In this document: piece by piece, positions 63,250-64,000 of the stretch | Numbering within the stretch: position 1 is the stretch's first letter | How the letters are laid out: the number at the start of each line of letters is the position of its first letter | Assembly: GCA_963760885.1 (NCBI GenBank) | Contig: CAVXEY010000005.1 | Coordinates: 8,641 to 72,640, forward strand | DNA length: 64,000 nt | Source of the DNA: an uncultured delta proteobacterium | GTDB lineage: Bacteria; Desulfobacterota; Deferrimicrobia; Deferrimicrobiales; Deferrimicrobiaceae | Direction: 5' to 3' | Program-made: the position numbers and the translations under genes | Notes under the pieces: model-generated | Told to the model about the DNA's origin: nothing | Database searches by the model: none | Seen by the model: the letters and a program-made list of their open reading frames with translations, nothing else

Positions 63250-63288
63250 CCAAACCCGAAGGAACCTCCTTCCTGCGGGATATATTTC
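63250..63288 (+). repeat. 39-bp direct repeat, right copy (preceded by 9-bp-stem hairpin 63240-63262)
   Basis: CCAAACCCGAAGGAACCTCCTTCCTGCGGGATATATTTC. CCTTCGGGT/ACCCGAAGG forms the stem. Confidence 0.85.
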
Positions 63289-63474
63289 CGCGAAAGTTCT
63301 TCGAGTCATAGCCCACCATAATTTCCAGGTTGAGCTGCTGTGGCTAGGTTGCATCCCGCCCGAAGGTCAATTTGGCCTCCGTAATCGTCTTCTCTATCCG
63401 CTTCTTCCTCGAAACGAGGACCGCGAATCATGTAAATTAGAACCCTCAGGGTGGATCGAAAAACAGCAACGGGG

Positions 63475-63894
63475 TCACGGTTCTTCCTCGGGTCTTTCGG
63501 CGGCGCGCTCCACGATCAGCGTCAGACCCTCGATGGCGCTGACCCGTACCGGTTCCCCTCGGTCGATCGGCATGCTGCCTTCCAGGACAAGTGCCTTCCA
63601 GCGCTCCCCTCCGACCCGCACGAATCCGGAGGGCGAAAGCCTGTTCTCGACCACACCCAGGGCGCCGATTATCGGGTTTTCACCCCCCTGCGGTTCGTAA
63701 GACTTCCGGACGAAGGGAAACAGGACCACGTCCATGCCCACCCACAACACAATCAGACCCCAGAAAAGCCATTCGGGCAGGTCTACCCAGCGGCGCATCA
63801 GGATCAGTGCGATGACGAATAACGCTACACCCGGCAACTGGAGGATCAGATATTTCATTGCCGTCTGGGATGTCAATCGCTTGTTCTTCATCAT
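63475..63894 (-). CDS. NfeD-family membrane protein
   Basis: Start set to ATG 63894. Two TM segments, then OB-like GVVENRLSPSGFVRVGGERWKALV...GEPVRVSAIEGLTLIVE. Confidence 0.7.
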   Translation of the reverse strand: MMKNKRLTSQTAMKYLILQLPGVALFVIALILMRRWVDLPEWLFWGLIVLWVGMDVVLFPFVRKSYEPQGGENPIIGALGVVENRLSPSGFVRVGGERWKALVLEGSMPIDRGEPVRVSAIEGLTLIVERAAERPEEEP

Positions 63895-64000
63895 CGTTTT
63901 CCTGGTCTTTCCCTTTCCCCGTCCCATAGGCCATCCTGAACCGAGAGGGGGGGGATCCACAAGTAGCCCGGTTCTCGAGGGGCAGGGGCTGGGACCGGCG

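Overview
GC-rich bacterial chromosome segment. All homology calls below are by-eye motif recognition; no searches were run. Positions 1-26.7 kb are a housekeeping block. On the + strand it carries pheA-aroF-tyrA-aroA-cmk-ispH-rpsA-sppA-ihfB, a HIT protein, mutS, a cell-wall amidase, glnD, a phosphoesterase, xerD, a DHH-CBS-poly(A)-polymerase-family fusion, an M50 protease, trpS, scpAB and rluB. Two - strand genes follow (quinone oxidoreductase, DapA-family aldolase). From 26.8 kb to about 63.4 kb the window is a mosaic accessory region centred on an initiator tRNA-fMet gene (29200-29276). It contains: (i) an N-terminally altered integrase plus VapBC/RHH toxin-antitoxin genes. (ii) A 16.3-kb island bounded by a perfect 46-bp duplication of the tRNA 3' half. 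This island carries low-GC mini-cassettes, a 14-blade RCC1 lipoprotein, decayed genes and a phage-satellite-like module (integrase, excisionase, rep-like gene with iterons, HNH, P27-type small terminase, no structural genes). (iii) A second, roughly 6-kb satellite-like element directly abutting the tRNA fragment (paralogous integrase, excisionase, Nu1-like small terminase, RepA-type ATPase). (iv) A high-GC ECF sigma/ferritin-like pair with a truncated anti-sigma gene. (v) A low-GC defence islet: a fused double C5-methyltransferase, a PD-ExK endonuclease candidate, Vsr, a NERD protein, and an uncharacterised 826-aa PD-(D/E)xK + SEC-C-motif protein. (vi) A HigBA module bracketed by 39-bp direct repeats. 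No rRNA, CRISPR array or reverse transcriptase was seen. Several genes are broken at homopolymer or repeat tracts, which may be sequencing error. The best candidates for novelty are the tandem satellite-like islands at tRNA-fMet, the three-gene low-GC cassette at 30.9-31.8 kb, and the 826-aa nuclease/SEC-C protein next to the NERD gene.
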